In this document: positions 10,834 through 22,974 of the stretch, one piece after another | Layout of the letters: each line of letters starts with the position of its first letter | Position numbering within the stretch: the first letter of the stretch is position 1 | From: an uncultured Chloroflexia bacterium | GTDB lineage: Bacteria; Chloroflexota; Limnocylindria; Limnocylindrales; CSP1-4 | Length of the DNA: 64,000 bases | NCBI GenBank assembly: GCA_963763775.1 | Contig: CAVXPZ010000001.1 | Span: forward strand, 544,001 to 608,000 | Reading direction: 5' to 3' | Position numbers and translations under genes: made by a program | The notes under the pieces: generated by a model | What the model was told of the DNA's origin: nothing | What the model saw: the letters and a program-made list of their open reading frames with translations, nothing else | Database searches by the model: none

Positions 10834-11975
10834 AGACGACGCCCGTCACGTTCGCGTCACCGGTCGCGCCCGCCTCGTACAGCTGGGAGGCCACGAACGA
10901 GGAGGTCGCGGCGCGGTTCGGGATCCCGGTCGAGCAGGTCGTGCGGTTCGATCTCAACACGTCCCCGACGCCGCCGGACCTCGTCCGCGAGTTGCTCGCC
11001 GCCGGCCGCTTCGAGACCGAGCTGTCCGAGTACCCGCCGTCCGACTACCGCCGGCTCACCGCTGCCGCCGCGGCGCGGTATGGCGTGGGCGAGGACGAGA
11101 TCCTCGTCGGAGCCGGGGCGGACGAGGTCCTCGACCTCGTGGCGAAGACGTTCCTCCAGCCGGGCGACACGGCCGTGGTCCCGACACCCACCTACGCGAT
11201 GTACCGGGTCCTGACCGAACAGCGCGGGGCGACGGTCGCTCCGGTGCCCCGCCGTCCGCCCGCGGAGGGTTGGGCCCTCGACCTGGAGGCGGTCGCCCTG
11301 GCGGCCCGATCGGCGACCGTGGTCTGGCTGTGCAGCCCCAACAACCCGACCGCGCTCCCCGAGCCGGACGGGACGATCGCCGACCTGCTCAAGGCGATCC
11401 GGGACGACGCGGCGACCGACGGCCGTCCGGCGCCGATCGTCGTGCTGGACGAGGCCTACGCGGAGTTCGTCGGGGTTTCGCTCGCGTCGCTTCGCTCCGG
11501 ATATCCCGGCCTCATCGTCGTCCGCACCGCCAGCAAGGCCTATGCGCTGGCCGGCCTGCGCGTGGGGTTCGCCGTGGCCCGCCCCGAGGTCGTCGCCCGG
11601 ATGAACCCGTACCGGCCGCCGGGCTCCGTCTCCACGGTCTCAGTGACCGTCGTGACCGAGGCCCTCCTCCATCCGACGATCCTCGAGGGCAACCTGACCC
11701 GCGTCGAGCGCGAGCGGTCCCGTCTGAGCCTCGGCCTCTCGGCGGCGGGGTGGGCGGTCGGCCCATCGGTGACGAACTTCGTGCTGGTCGACTTCGGCAC
11801 GCCGGCGCTGGCCGCGGCCACTGCGGAGGGCCTGTTGCGAGCGGGCCTCGTGCCACGGACCTTCCCCAGCGGCCATCCTGCCGCCGCGTACCTGCGCCTC
11901 ACGGTCCGCGACACGGCGGAGAACGACCGGCTCATCGCGGCCGCCCACGCCATCACCACGGAGCTGCCCGCATGA
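10830..11975 (+). CDS. hisC: Histidinol-phosphate aminotransferase
   Basis: GAGADE, CSPNNPT, LDEAYAEF, RTASKAYALAGLRVG. Confidence 0.93.
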   Translation: MKTTPVTFASPVAPASYSWEATNEEVAARFGIPVEQVVRFDLNTSPTPPDLVRELLAAGRFETELSEYPPSDYRRLTAAAAARYGVGEDEILVGAGADEVLDLVAKTFLQPGDTAVVPTPTYAMYRVLTEQRGATVAPVPRRPPAEGWALDLEAVALAARSATVVWLCSPNNPTALPEPDGTIADLLKAIRDDAATDGRPAPIVVLDEAYAEFVGVSLASLRSGYPGLIVVRTASKAYALAGLRVGFAVARPEVVARMNPYRPPGSVSTVSVTVVTEALLHPTILEGNLTRVERERSRLSLGLSAAGWAVGPSVTNFVLVDFGTPALAAATAEGLLRAGLVPRTFPSGHPAAAYLRLTVRDTAENDRLIAAAHAITTELPA

Positions 11976-12598
11976 CGACCCCGCTCGGCGACCTGACGCT
12001 CGGACCGCGCGAGGGCCGTCGCGTGACGGTCGCCCGCTCGACCCGGGAGACCGACATCACGGTCACGCTCGGCCTCGATGGTGCCGGGCATGCATCGATC
12101 GATACCGGGGTGGGCTTCTACGACCATCTCCTGTCGTCGTTCGCCCATCACGGGCTGTTCGACCTCGCCATCTCGTCGGACGGCGACCTCCAGGTGGACG
12201 AGCATCACACCGTCGAGGACGTGGCCCTGGTCCTGGGAGCCGCGGTCGCGGAAGCGCTGGGCGACCGTGCCGGGATCCGGCGTTTCGGCGAGGCCTCGGT
12301 CCCGATGGACGAGTCCCTCGCGACCGCGGTCGTGGACGTCGGCGGACGGCCGTATGCCGTCATCGACCTGCCATTCCGTGGCGAGCGCGTCGGCGCCCTC
12401 CCGACCCAGCTCATCGAGCACGCGCTCGAGGCCTTCGCGCGGACCTCCGGCATCACCGTGCACCTCCGCGGCATCGGCCGGAACGACCATCACCTGGCCG
12501 AAGCCGCGTTCAAGGCCCTCGCGTACGCGCTGCGGCAGGCCTGCGAGCCCGACCCGCGGCGTGATGGTGTCGCCTCGACGAAGGGGTCGCTCGGGTGA
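11972..12598 (+). CDS. hisB: Imidazoleglycerol-phosphate dehydratase (monofunctional)
   Basis: [37 protein letters not shown]. Confidence 0.96.
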   Translation: MTTPLGDLTLGPREGRRVTVARSTRETDITVTLGLDGAGHASIDTGVGFYDHLLSSFAHHGLFDLAISSDGDLQVDEHHTVEDVALVLGAAVAEALGDRAGIRRFGEASVPMDESLATAVVDVGGRPYAVIDLPFRGERVGALPTQLIEHALEAFARTSGITVHLRGIGRNDHHLAEAAFKALAYALRQACEPDPRRDGVASTKGSLG

Positions 12599-13224
12599 GT
12601 CGCCGGCCGCGTATCGCCGTCGTGGACTACGGCGCCGGCAACCTCGTCAGCATCGACCAGGCGCTGACCACCGTCGGCGCGGAGGTCACGGTCATCCGCG
12701 ACGGCGCCGGACTGCGGGACGCGGACGCCCTGATCGTGCCCGGGGTCGGCGCGGCGGCACCCGCGATGGCCCGCATCGAGGCGCAGGGCCTGACCGCGCC
12801 GATCCGCGCGTGGCTGACGGGCGATCGGCCGTTCCTGGGGATCTGCCTGGGCCTGCAGCTCCTCTTCGAGCGCAGCGAGGAGGATGCCGCCACGACCTTC
12901 GGCTTCCTGCGCGGGGACACGGTCCGCCTCGACGACGCCCCCACCCTGCCGCACATCGGGTGGAACCAGGTGGAGCGCACCCGTCCCCACGAGCTGTTCG
13001 ACGGGATCGGCGAGGCCGCCGACTTCTACTTCGTCCACTCGTACGCCGGAGCGCCGGACCCGAACGACCGCGAGGTCGTCCTCGCCTGGACGCAGCACGG
13101 CGGCCGATTCGTGTCGGCCGTGGGCCGAGGCCCGGTCCTCGGCGTGCAGTTCCATCCCGAGCGGAGCGGCTCGGACGGCGTGGCGCTCCTCGGCAACTTC
13201 GTCTCGATCGTGCGGGCGGCCTGA
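12595..13224 (+). CDS. hisH: IGP synthase glutaminase subunit
   Basis: DYGAGN, PGVG, GICLG, PHIGWN, YFVHSY, QFHPE. Confidence 0.96.
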   Translation: MSRRPRIAVVDYGAGNLVSIDQALTTVGAEVTVIRDGAGLRDADALIVPGVGAAAPAMARIEAQGLTAPIRAWLTGDRPFLGICLGLQLLFERSEEDAATTFGFLRGDTVRLDDAPTLPHIGWNQVERTRPHELFDGIGEAADFYFVHSYAGAPDPNDREVVLAWTQHGGRFVSAVGRGPVLGVQFHPERSGSDGVALLGNFVSIVRAA

Positions 13225-14027
13225 TGCTGCGCCACCGGGTGATCCCATGCCTCGACGTCGCCGATGGGCGCGTCGTCAAGGGCACGCGCTTCGTCGACCT
13301 CGTCGACGAAGGCGACCCGCCGGAACTCGCCGAGCGCTATGCCGCCGAAGGCGCGGACGAGCTCGTGTTCCTCGACATCACGGCCGCGCCGGAGCGCCGC
13401 GGCACCCTGCTCGACATCGTGGAGCGGACGGCGCGGCGCGCGTTCATCCCGCTCACCGTCGGCGGCGGCGTGCGGAGCGTGGACGAGATGCGCGACGTCC
13501 TCCGGGCCGGCGCCGACAAGGTCTCGCTCAACACCGCGGCGGTCGCCGACCCGGGGCTCATCACCCGGTGCGCCGAGCGGTTCGGACGGCAGGCGGTCGT
13601 CGTCGCCATCGACGCCCGGCGTCGCGCGGCCCCGGACGAGCACGGCACGGGTCCAGGGCAGGGCTGGGAGGTCGTCGTGCAAGGGGGTCGAGAGGCCACG
13701 GACCGCGACGTCGTCGCGTGGGCGCAGCAGGCCGTGGCCCTCGGCGCCGGCGAGCTGCTCGTGACCTCGATCGACCGCGACGGGACCGGCTCGGGCTTCG
13801 ACACGGACCTCCTGCGGGCGATCAGTGACCGCGTGCCGGTGCCAGTGATCGCCTCGGGCGGCGCCGCCGGCCCGGACGACTTCGTGGCCGCGATCCGCGA
13901 CGGCGGCGCCGACGCCGTCCTGGCCGCATCCATCTTCCACCGCCGGGTCCATGCCATCGCCGAGGTGAAGGCCGCCATGGCCGCGGCCGGCCTCCCGGTC
14001 CGCCTCGTGCCCGAGGCCGTGCGATGA
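13224..14027 (+). CDS. hisF: IGP synthase cyclase subunit
   Basis: [46 protein letters not shown]. Confidence 0.96.
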   Translation: MLRHRVIPCLDVADGRVVKGTRFVDLVDEGDPPELAERYAAEGADELVFLDITAAPERRGTLLDIVERTARRAFIPLTVGGGVRSVDEMRDVLRAGADKVSLNTAAVADPGLITRCAERFGRQAVVVAIDARRRAAPDEHGTGPGQGWEVVVQGGREATDRDVVAWAQQAVALGAGELLVTSIDRDGTGSGFDTDLLRAISDRVPVPVIASGGAAGPDDFVAAIRDGGADAVLAASIFHRRVHAIAEVKAAMAAAGLPVRLVPEAVR

Positions 14028-14695
14028 GCGTCCCGAACGTCGCCCCGGAGGTTGACTACGGGCCTGACGGCCTCGTCCCCGCCATCGTCCAGGACCGGGC
14101 GGACGGCCGCGTCCTGATGCTCGGGTACATGGACGCCGAGGCGCTCGGCGCGACGATCGAGCACGGCGAGGTCCACTTCCACTCGCGGTCGCGCGACCGG
14201 CTATGGCGCAAGGGCGAGACCAGCGGGCATGTGCTCCGACTCGTGTCGATCGCCGTGGACTGCGACGGCGACGCCCTCCTCGTCACCGTCGATCCGGTCG
14301 GCCCGACGTGCCATCGCGACACGCGGAGCTGCTTCGACGCGGACGGCGCCCCGCCGGCGCGCGACGACCCAGGGTTTCGCCTGGCTCGAGACCCTGTGGG
14401 CCACGATCGCCTCCCGTGCCGCCACGCGTCCCGCCGGCTCGTACACGACGAGCCTGCTGGAGGGCGGCGTCGACACGGTCGGCCGCAAGGTGACGGAGGA
14501 GGCGACCGAAGTGCTGCTGGCCGCCAAGGACGACGCCACGGCCCAAGCCACCGAGGCGCGATCGGACGGGGACCCAGGCCGCCCTGGCCGGCGAGGCCGG
14601 CGACCTCCTGTATCACGCGCTCGTGCTGCTCGCCGAGCGCGGCCTGGCGCCGTCGGCGGTCCTCGAGACCCTGCCGGGCGCGCCACACGGCCTAG
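14024..14695 (+). CDS. hisI: Bifunctional PR-AMP cyclohydrolase/PR-ATP pyrophosphatase (two compensating frameshifts ~14370, ~14580)
   Basis: [15 protein letters not shown]...SCF; HisE part SYTTSLL...KVTEEATEV and EAGDLLYH split across frames. Confidence 0.92.
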   Translation: MSVPNVAPEVDYGPDGLVPAIVQDRADGRVLMLGYMDAEALGATIEHGEVHFHSRSRDRLWRKGETSGHVLRLVSIAVDCDGDALLVTVDPVGPTCHRDTRSCFDADGAPPARDDPGFRLARDPVGHDRLPCRHASRRLVHDEPAGGRRRHGRPQGDGGGDRSAAGRQGRRHGPSHRGAIGRGPRPPWPARPATSCITRSCCSPSAAWRRRRSSRPCRARHTA

Positions 14696-15106
14696 TCCAC
14701 CGGCGGGTCGATCACCACGCAGTCGAACCCCGCCTGGGTCGCGTCGGTCCCGGTGCACGAGAGTCCCGCGGCGCGGCGTGACCCGTCCTCGAACGTGACC
14801 ACGACCACGCGGACCGAGCCGCCGCCGCGGTTCGCGACGATGACGGAGCCGCTCGCGTCCACGTACGCGCCCTCTTCATAGACCTTCGCGGTCTTGTACG
14901 GCCGGCCGTCGTCGATGGTGGCCCGCGCCGGCGGCACCATGGCCGCGCAGGTCGCGGTGACCGGCTTCGCCGATGTCGGCGGGCACTCCTCGATGAACCC
15001 GCCCGTCGCCCAGCCGTCGATGCGGTCCGATCGCCGCCCCGCCGCCGCAGGCGCCCGCCAGCGCCGCCCCGACCATCGCGAGGGCGAGCCGGCGGTCCGC
15101 GTTCAC
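14692..15106 (-). CDS. Small putative lipoprotein (frameshifted)
   Basis: GTG overlapping the tyrS stop; [16 protein letters not shown] lipobox; C-terminal part is ORF 14692..14940. Confidence 0.5.
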
Positions 15107-16395
15107 CCCACGCGGCGCCCGATCTCGCGACGCCGTTTGCCGATGCGGACGTCCAGCCACTCCCCCGCGATCGGTTCGGGGACGTGGTCGGGGTCGCTGA
15201 CGCGCGCGCCGTTCACCGTGACGCCGCCGGCGGCGATCATCCGGCGCGCCTCGCCGCGCGACGCGAACAGCCCGGCGTCTGCCAGCAAGACGGCGGTCCC
15301 GCCGGCGAGACCCGCCGGGTCGAACCGGAACCCGCCGGTCGAATCGAAGAGCGCCTGGAGCGCAGCCGGGTCCGCGATCGCGGCCGTCGAGAAGCGGGCT
15401 GACGCATCCGCGACCGCGCGGTCGGCGGCCTCCTGGCCATGCGTGCGGGCGGTGATGTCGAGCGCGAGCGCCCGTTGCCCCGGCCGCCCTTCCGGTGCCG
15501 CGGCGGCCTCCGCTTCGAGCGCCTCGATGCGCTCGCGCGGGAACTCCGTGAACCAGCGCAGGTACGTGCCGATGTCGCGGTCGTCGGTGTTCAGCCAGTA
15601 CTGGTAGAAGTCGAACGGCGACGTGCGGTCCGGGTCCAGCCAGACCGAGTCGCCGTCGGCGCTCTTGCCGAACTTCGAGCCCGACGGCGAGAGCAGGAGC
15701 TTGTACGCGAGCCCATGGGCCGGCTCGTGGCCGTCGTCGGCGTCGGTCGTCCGACGGATCAGCTCGAGCCCGGCGGTGATGTTCCCCCACTGGTCCGCGC
15801 CGCCCATCTGGAGCTCGACGCCCATCGTCCGGTGCATGTGGGCGAAGTCGTACGACTGCAGCAGCATGTAGCTGAACTCGGTGAAGGACAGGCCGCGCTC
15901 CAGGCGCTGCTGGACGGAGTCCTTGGCCAGCATGTACGGCACGGTGAAATGCTTGCCGGTGTCGCGCAGGAAGTCGATCAACGACAGCTGGCCGAGCCAG
16001 TCGAGGTTGTTGACGAGGATCGCTCCCGTGCCGGGCGTGAAATCGAGGAATCGCTCGAGCTGGGCGCCGATCCCGGCCACGTTGCGGGCCAACGTCTCGC
16101 GGTCGAGGAGGTTCCGTTCGGACGATCGCCCGGACGGGTCCCCGATCATCCCCGTGCCCCCACCGACGAGGGCGACCGGGCGGCCGCCGAACCGCTGGAG
16201 CCGGAGCAGCCCGAAGATCGGGATCAGGTGCCCCACATGCAGCGAGGCGCCCGACGGGTCGAAGCCGATGTACCCCGAGACCGACCGACCGGTCGCCAGG
16301 CGCGCCGCCAGACCGGGCGTCGTGGCGTGGAGGATGCCGCGCCATTCGAGCTCGTCGATGAGGCCGCTGAGCGCGGGCGCGTCGGCGGGCGTCAC
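15103..16395 (-). CDS. tyrS: Tyrosine--tRNA ligase
   Basis: GFDPS..SLHVGH, GDPSG, YMLLQSYD, GGADQWGN, KFGKS, S4 domain. Confidence 0.97.
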   Translation of the reverse strand: MTPADAPALSGLIDELEWRGILHATTPGLAARLATGRSVSGYIGFDPSGASLHVGHLIPIFGLLRLQRFGGRPVALVGGGTGMIGDPSGRSSERNLLDRETLARNVAGIGAQLERFLDFTPGTGAILVNNLDWLGQLSLIDFLRDTGKHFTVPYMLAKDSVQQRLERGLSFTEFSYMLLQSYDFAHMHRTMGVELQMGGADQWGNITAGLELIRRTTDADDGHEPAHGLAYKLLLSPSGSKFGKSADGDSVWLDPDRTSPFDFYQYWLNTDDRDIGTYLRWFTEFPRERIEALEAEAAAAPEGRPGQRALALDITARTHGQEAADRAVADASARFSTAAIADPAALQALFDSTGGFRFDPAGLAGGTAVLLADAGLFASRGEARRMIAAGGVTVNGARVSDPDHVPEPIAGEWLDVRIGKRRREIGRRVG

Positions 16396-16478
16396 AGCGG
16401 GCAGGGGCGGCGCGTCTGGACCCGTCGGGGGGAGCTCGACCGTTGATTCACGCTCCCTATGCTATCGTGCGGCCACTC

Positions 16479-19167
16479 ATGCAGACCAGCCTCGCGCGGC
16501 GCCGGCGCCAACGAAGAGCGCTCCAGGGCCGCCCCCAGCAGGCGGGTCGCGGCTCGATCATCGGTCGGGTCGCCCTCGTCGTCCTGCTCGTCTTCCTCCT
16601 CATCGCCCTGCTGACCGCCGGCACGGGCCTCGTCTTCGCCGTGGGCGCGTACAACCACTACGCGCAGGGCCTGCCGGATCCGAAGGCCGCCCTCACGAAC
16701 CTCACGTACGAGCAGCAGACGATCCTCTACGACCGGACCGGCAAGGTCGAGCTCGCCCGCCTCGGCGAACTCAAGCGTGAGGTCGTGTCCTACGACGAGA
16801 TCCCCGGCGAGATGATCGACGCGACCACCGCGATCGAGGACAAGGACTTCTGGCAGAACTCCGGCTTCGACCCGATCGCCTTCGTCTCCGCCGGTCTCGA
16901 CACGATCTCGGGCCGCCCGCGTGGCGCCTCGACGATCACCCAGCAGCTCGTCCGAGCCCGCCTCCTGCCGCCCACCGCGTTCGAGGGGACGGTGTACGAG
17001 CGCAAGTTCCGCGAGATCATCCAGTCGGTCCGCCTCACGAGCGCCTTCCCCGGTGAGCAGGGCAAGGAATCGATCATCACGGCCTACCTGAACCAGAACT
17101 TCTACGGGAACGGCAGCTACGGCGTGAAGGCGGCCGCGAAGGGCTACTTCGGCAAGCCGCTCTCGCAGCTCTCGCTGGCCCAGTTCGCGATCCTGGCCGC
17201 GATCCCGCAGTCGCCGACGAAGTTCGACCTCATGAAGAACGCCGACGAGTTCTGCCCGGGCCAGCCCGAGCCCGGCGGCGACTGCGGCGACGACGTCCAG
17301 CTCATCGTGCCGGCGAGCTCGGAGATCGTGCAGCGGCGCAACTTCGTCCTCGACCTCATGAAGACCCGCTCCACGCTGACCGGCTCCAAGCACACCGCCG
17401 CCGAGTACGAGGCCGCCAAGCAGGAGCCCGTCGTCCTGACGCCGCTCGTCTCCGCCAACTGGAAGGCGCCGCATTTCGTGTGGCAGGTCCGCAAGGACCT
17501 CGCCGAGATCCTGTGCCCGGACACCCCCGATACCTGCGACAAGGTGGACGTCGGCGGCTACCACGTGACGACGACGGTCGACATGCGCCTGCAGAAGATC
17601 GCCGAGAAGTACGTCTACGCCGCGGCCCGCGCCCCGAACGCACGGGATCCGCGCTCGGTCCTGCGGTCCAAGGGGATCGCCGGGAAGCACTACAGCTGGA
17701 TCCTGGGCCTGCGCGGCCACAACATCCACAACGCCGCCGCGGGCGTCATCGACTACCGCACGGGCGAGGTCCTCGCCTACGTCGGCAGCGCGAGCTACAC
17801 GTCGAAGGGCAACAGGAAGTTCCAGCCCCAGTTCGACGTCCTGGCCGACGGCTGGCGCCAGCCGGGTTCGGCGATCAAGCCGATCGACTACCTGGTCGGC
17901 ATCGATGACAAGACCCTGACCGCTGCGACGATGTTCATGGACGTCACGACGGACTTCGGCCACGGCTTCATGCCGACCCAGGCCGACAAGCTCGAGCGCG
18001 GACCCGTCCGCCTGCGCAATGCCCTCCAGTTCTCGCTCAACATCCCCGCGATCAAGGCCGGGATCATCACCGGGCTCGACCACCTGTTCCAGCGCACCCA
18101 GGAGTTCGGGATCCATTACCCGAAGACCGCGAGTCCGGTGGTGTCGATGGGGATCGGCACGCTCGAGGTGCACCCGATCGACCTGCTCGGCGCCTACGGC
18201 ACGGCCGCCAACGGCGGCGTCCTGATGCCGCGTCGGACGATCCTCGAGGTCAACGGACGACAACGGGAACGTCGTGTGGCCGCAGAAGGGCGAGGAGCCC
18301 GTCGGCAAGCGCGTGGTCAGCAAGCAGGCCGCCTACATCATCACGGACATCCTCGCGGGCAACACCGTGAAGACCATCAACCCGTTCTGGGGCAAGTTCG
18401 CGATCTACGACGGGGGTCGTCGTCGCCCGGCCGCCTACAAGACGGGCACCACGAGCGACAACCGCGACGTGGCCGCCTACGGCTTCCTGGCGCCGCCGAA
18501 GGACCCGAAGGCCCCGGCCCTCGCCGTCGGCGTCTGGATGGGCAACAGCGACAACTCGCCCAACGACGGGAAGCTCTCGCTCGACACGTCGGCGCCGCTG
18601 TGGTCCGCGATCCTGACCGACATCAGCAAGGGGATGCCGATCGCCTCGTTCCGGGCGCCCTCGGGCCTCAAGACGGCCAGCGTGGACGCCTTCACCGGCC
18701 TCAAGCCCGGCCCCTTCACCTCGAAGAAGGTCCAGGAGCTCTTCATCCCCGGGACCGTGCCGACCCAGCGCGAGACGAACCGCGTCGCCAAGCAGATCGA
18801 CAAGGCCAGCGGGCTGCTCTGGCAGGACGGCTGCGTCGGCCCCGAGGTCACCAAGGGCTTCTTCAACATCGGCGAGATCGACTCGGCCTTCCCGAACTGG
18901 CAGAAAGCGGACCGCAACTGGGCCGCACGTGCCGCGAAGGGCTCCGGCGTCCGGGGGACCCCCAAGGGGACCCGCACCGCCTACTTCTACAACGGGGCGT
19001 TCGCGCCGTTCGGCCGATCGTGGGGCGCGCCGTTCGCGCCGACGAAGAAGTGCCCGCTGGCGCCGCCGCCGGCCTGCGACCCGCTCGACCCGACGCTGAT
19101 CACGCCGTGCCCGAGCCTCCCGCCCGAGCCGACGCCGACCCCGACGCCGAAGCCGAAGAAGCCCTGA
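16479..19167 (+). CDS. Class A penicillin-binding protein (frameshift ~18260)
   Basis: TM anchor, EDKDF, GASTITQQL, YLNQ; SAIK (SxxK), SLN (SxN), KTGT. Confidence 0.92.
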
Positions 19168-19183
19168 CCGAGCCGGCGGCGCG

Positions 19184-21549
19184 CTAGAGCGACACGATCG
19201 TCGCGCCGTCGCCCCCCTCGCCGCGCTCGCCGGGGCGGACGGCGGTCACCAACGGATGGTCCGCGGCCTCGCGACGCACGGCGTCCCGCAGCGCCCCCGT
19301 CCCCAGACCGTGGATGATCGTGACCCGATCGAGTCCGGCCAGCCCGGCGTCGTCGAGATAGCGCGTCAGGGCCTCGAGCGCCTCGTCCACCCGGGCGCCG
19401 CGCAGGTCGAGCGATGAGGCGACCGAGTTGGCCCGGGCGAGTCGGAGCGCGGCGGCGTTCGACGTCGACGCTGTGGCCTTCGCCGAACCGGTGGACGGCG
19501 CCGGCTCCGGCCCGCCGAGCGCGAGATCCAGGTCATCGACGTCGACCGTGACGCGCATGCCGCCCGCCTCCAGGGTGGCGCGCTTGCCGCCACGTTCCAG
19601 CGCCGCGATCCGCCCCTCCCAGCCGCCGGACCGGCTCCGTGCCCGGTCGCCGAGCCGCCAGACGTGATCCGCCGCGACGAGCACGGGATCGGGTACCGGC
19701 TCCTCGTCCGGCGGGAGCGTGGAGGCCGTGTCGGCCGCCCGGTCCAGCGCGGCGTCCAGGGAGGTGGCGGTGATGGTCTCGCGGTCCAGGGCGTTCCGCA
19801 GGTCCTGGACCTCCTCGCGGAGTGCCGCGAGGACCTTGTCCGCCTCGGCGCGGGCGGCCCGCACGGTCTCGTCCCGCTCGCGACGGGCGCGACGGCGCTC
19901 GTCCTCGGCGATCCGCAGCTGGTCGGTCGCACGGAGCTCGGCGGCCCGTGCGCGGTCCAGCGCCTCGCTCGTCTCGCCCTCGGTCGCCTTGAGCGACGCC
20001 AGGGTCGCCTCGAAGGAGCGCTGCGACTCGCTGAGCCGCGACCTCGCGTCGCCGACGATCCCCTCGGGCAGGCCCAGCCGCTCGGCGATCGCGAACGCCT
20101 GGCTGCCGCCCGGGAGCCCGATCGTCAGACGGTACGTCGGGCTCAACGATTCCAGGTCGAACTCGACGGCGGCGTTGCTCGCGCCAGGCGTCGTGTGCGC
20201 GTAGGCCTTGAGCTCGGCGTAGTGGGTGGTCGCGGCCACGATCGAACCGGCGCGGAGGAAGTGGTCCAGGAGCGCCTGGGCGAGCGCGGAGCCCTCGGTC
20301 GGATCCGTCCCGGCGCCCAGCTCGTCGAGCAGGACCAGGGTCCCTGGCCCGGCCTCGGCCACGATCCGGATGATCGACCGCAGGTGCCCGGAGAACGTCG
20401 AGAGCGACTGCGCGATCGACTGCTCGTCGCCGATGTCGGCGAAGACATCGCGCCAGATCGGGAGGCGGCTCCCCGACGCGGCCGGGACGTGGAGACCTGC
20501 CTGGTGCATCAGGCTGAGGAGCCCCAGCGTGCGCAGGGTCACCGTCTTGCCGCCCGTGTTCGGGCCGGTCACGACCAGCGCGCGGACCTCGTCGCCGAGC
20601 CGGATGTCGATCGGCACGACCCGGCCGGTCAGGCCCGGGTGCCGCGCCGAGAGCAGGACCACCACCGTCTCCGGATGACGTCTCGGCCCGGACGCCGTCC
20701 ATGTCGGCCGCGAGGCTCGCCTTGGCGGCCCAGAAGTCGAACCGCGCGAGCGCGTCCAGGGTCTCGCGCAGCGGCGCCGCGTTCGCCGCCACGAAGGCCG
20801 ACAGCTCGTCGAGGATCCGCGCGACTTCCTCGGCCTCGGCGACCTGGGCCTCGCGCCAGGCGTTCCCGAGCTCCACGGCGACGAGCGGCTCGATGAACAG
20901 GGTCTGGCCGCTGCCCGAGGCGTCGTGGACGATGCCCTTGACCTTGGAGCGGGCCTCGGCCTTGACGGGCACGACGTACCGGCCGTTGCGGAGCGTGATG
21001 ATCGGTTCCTGCAGCGCGGATCCCAGCTCCGCGCCGACCAAGCGCATCGAGCCGGCGTCGCAGGCGGTCGTAGGCCACGCGCACCGACGCGCGAAGCCCG
21101 CCGAGCCGTGGCGATGCGGTGTCGAGAAGCTCCCCCACCGGGTCGAAGCTGCGCGCCAGCGTGCTCCGGAGCGCCGGCAGCGTGTGCAGATCGCCCGCGA
21201 GGTCGCGCAGCAGCGCTCGTCGCTCATCGGCCAGCACGGCGACCAGCCGGACCGTCGCGTCGAGCGTGTCGGCGATCTCGAGGAACTGGGCGGGCTCCAG
21301 GCGGCCGGCGCGCGCCGCGCGTTCGATCGCAGGGCCGATGTCACGGGCCGCGCCGACCCCCACCCCGGGCCGCTCGGCGAGCAGCGCACGCGTCTGGTCG
21401 GTCTCGTCGAGGCCGCGAGCCACGATGACCGGGTCGCTCGACGGTTCGAGGGCCTCCGCGAGGCGCCGGGACGGCGGGAACGACGTCGCCTCGGCGAGAC
21501 GAGCCCGGACGAGCGGGAATTCCAGCAGCGCGAGGGAGCGGGGATCCAT
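19184..21549 (-). CDS. mutS2: Endonuclease MutS2 (frameshifts ~21040, ~20670)
   Basis: GIVHDASGSGQTLFIEP, TGPNTGGKT, DIGDEQSI.QSLSTFS, DELGAGTDP, Smr domain IIHGLGTG. Confidence 0.95.
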
Positions 21550-21563
21550 GGCGCCGCCCGCCG

Positions 21564-22240
21564 TCAACGCGCGGAGCGCGGGCCGGAGACGGACGGGTGT
21601 CCTGCGACGACGAGCCGCCAGGGCACCGACGACCACGGTTCGCCGGCATACGCGATCCCGATCCGCGGCGTCGCGACGATCGGTGCGGCGACGACACCGC
21701 CGGCCGGTCGCTCGAGACGAAGCGGTGCGTGCGGGTCGCACAGGTCGATGCCGGTCCAGCCGCGGTCGAGGCCCAGGGCCGCACCGACGAGACCCGGGCC
21801 GCTGGCCACGCGCGCATCCGGGATGGCGGCCGTGCGGCGCGAGGACGATGGGTCAGCGGTCCGCGCGGCGTGACGGCGCGACGCGGTCACGCGGGCGCGG
21901 TCCAGCCGGAGCAGGTCGATCCCCTCGAGCGGCTCGATGGCGCGGATGAGCACCGCGGCGGCCGAGCCATCCCGGCCGGTCACCACGTTCAGGCAGTCGT
22001 ACATCCCGTAGACAAGGTACACGTAGGCGACGCCCGCCGGCCCGAACATGACGGCGTTGCGCCGCGTGCGGCCGAAGCGCGAATGCGAGGCGCGATCCTC
22101 TGGTCCGTCGTACGCCTCGACCTCGACGATGCGGCCGGATCGCCGCCCGGTGGCGTCGTCGCGGACGATGGCGAGGCCCAGGAGCGCGCGGGCTGCCTCG
22201 ACCGGCCCACCCTCGAGGGCCGACCGGTCGACGACGTCAG
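21564..22240 (-). CDS. mpg: DNA-3-methyladenine glycosylase (AAG/MPG family); start codon unclear
   Basis: In-frame GRIVEVEAY...ASHS upstream of MFGPAG.AYVYLVYGM, AVLIRA, SGPG, RIGI. Confidence 0.88.
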
Positions 22241-22825
22241 CCGCGGGGGTAGTTCCGCTCGATCCAGTCCGGGACGATGAAGCCCGTGAGCAGGAAGAAC
22301 GTCGGGATGACCGTCTCGCGGAAGATTCGCGGCCGAGTTCGTCGGGTCGATCTGCTCCCAGAACTGCCGGACGAACTTGAGCTCCTGGCCGTCCACCGGG
22401 ATCCCGGGGATCCGGAAGAACGAGTCGAGGATGACGAGGATGCAGCCGAAGATGAGGCCCGCCTCGATGATGCCGAGGATGCCGCCGATGAGCTCGTCGA
22501 GGAACCGCGCCTTCTGGAAGAGCGGCTGCGGCTTGTACAACCCCTGCACGACGACCGCGAAGGCGATCGACGACGCGAGGAAGACCGTGAGGAACCCCAC
22601 CATCGTGGCGTATTCCTTGGAGAACTGCGTCCAGTTGCTCCCGAGGTAGTTCCCGAGCGGCTCGGCGACGTTGGCGGCGAACAGGAACGAGAAGAGGATC
22701 GAGCCGATGCCGATGAGCCGGCGGATCGTCCCCTGGGCGAACCCGAGGACGAAGAACGCCATGAAGTACAGGAAGATGAGCAAGTCGACGCGGTTGACTG
22801 TGCTCAGGAATCCCGAGAGATCCAC
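22237..22825 (-). CDS. cvpA: CvpA family membrane protein (frameshift ~22325)
   Basis: AAAGGAG RBS; GFAQG, four hydrophobic segments, DELIGGILG; position between pheT and mutS2. Confidence 0.82.
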
Positions 22826-22874
22826 TGATGCTCCTTTGTGGCGTCCGATCCCCGGCCTGGCCCGGGGCCGCGCA

Positions 22875-22904
22875 AGCCTAGCAGCGGCCAAACGCGGGTC
22901 GCAA
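22875..22904 (-). promoter_or_regulatory. Sigma70-type promoter for cvpA-mpg-mutS2
   Basis: TTGCGA-N18-TAGGCT with TG extension. Confidence 0.55.
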
Positions 22905-22974
22905 GGGGGTCCGACCCCGGTCGGGTGGGTCCGGGGCGGTCTGGGGCCGTCCGGGGGCCTCTGGGGCCGTCCAG

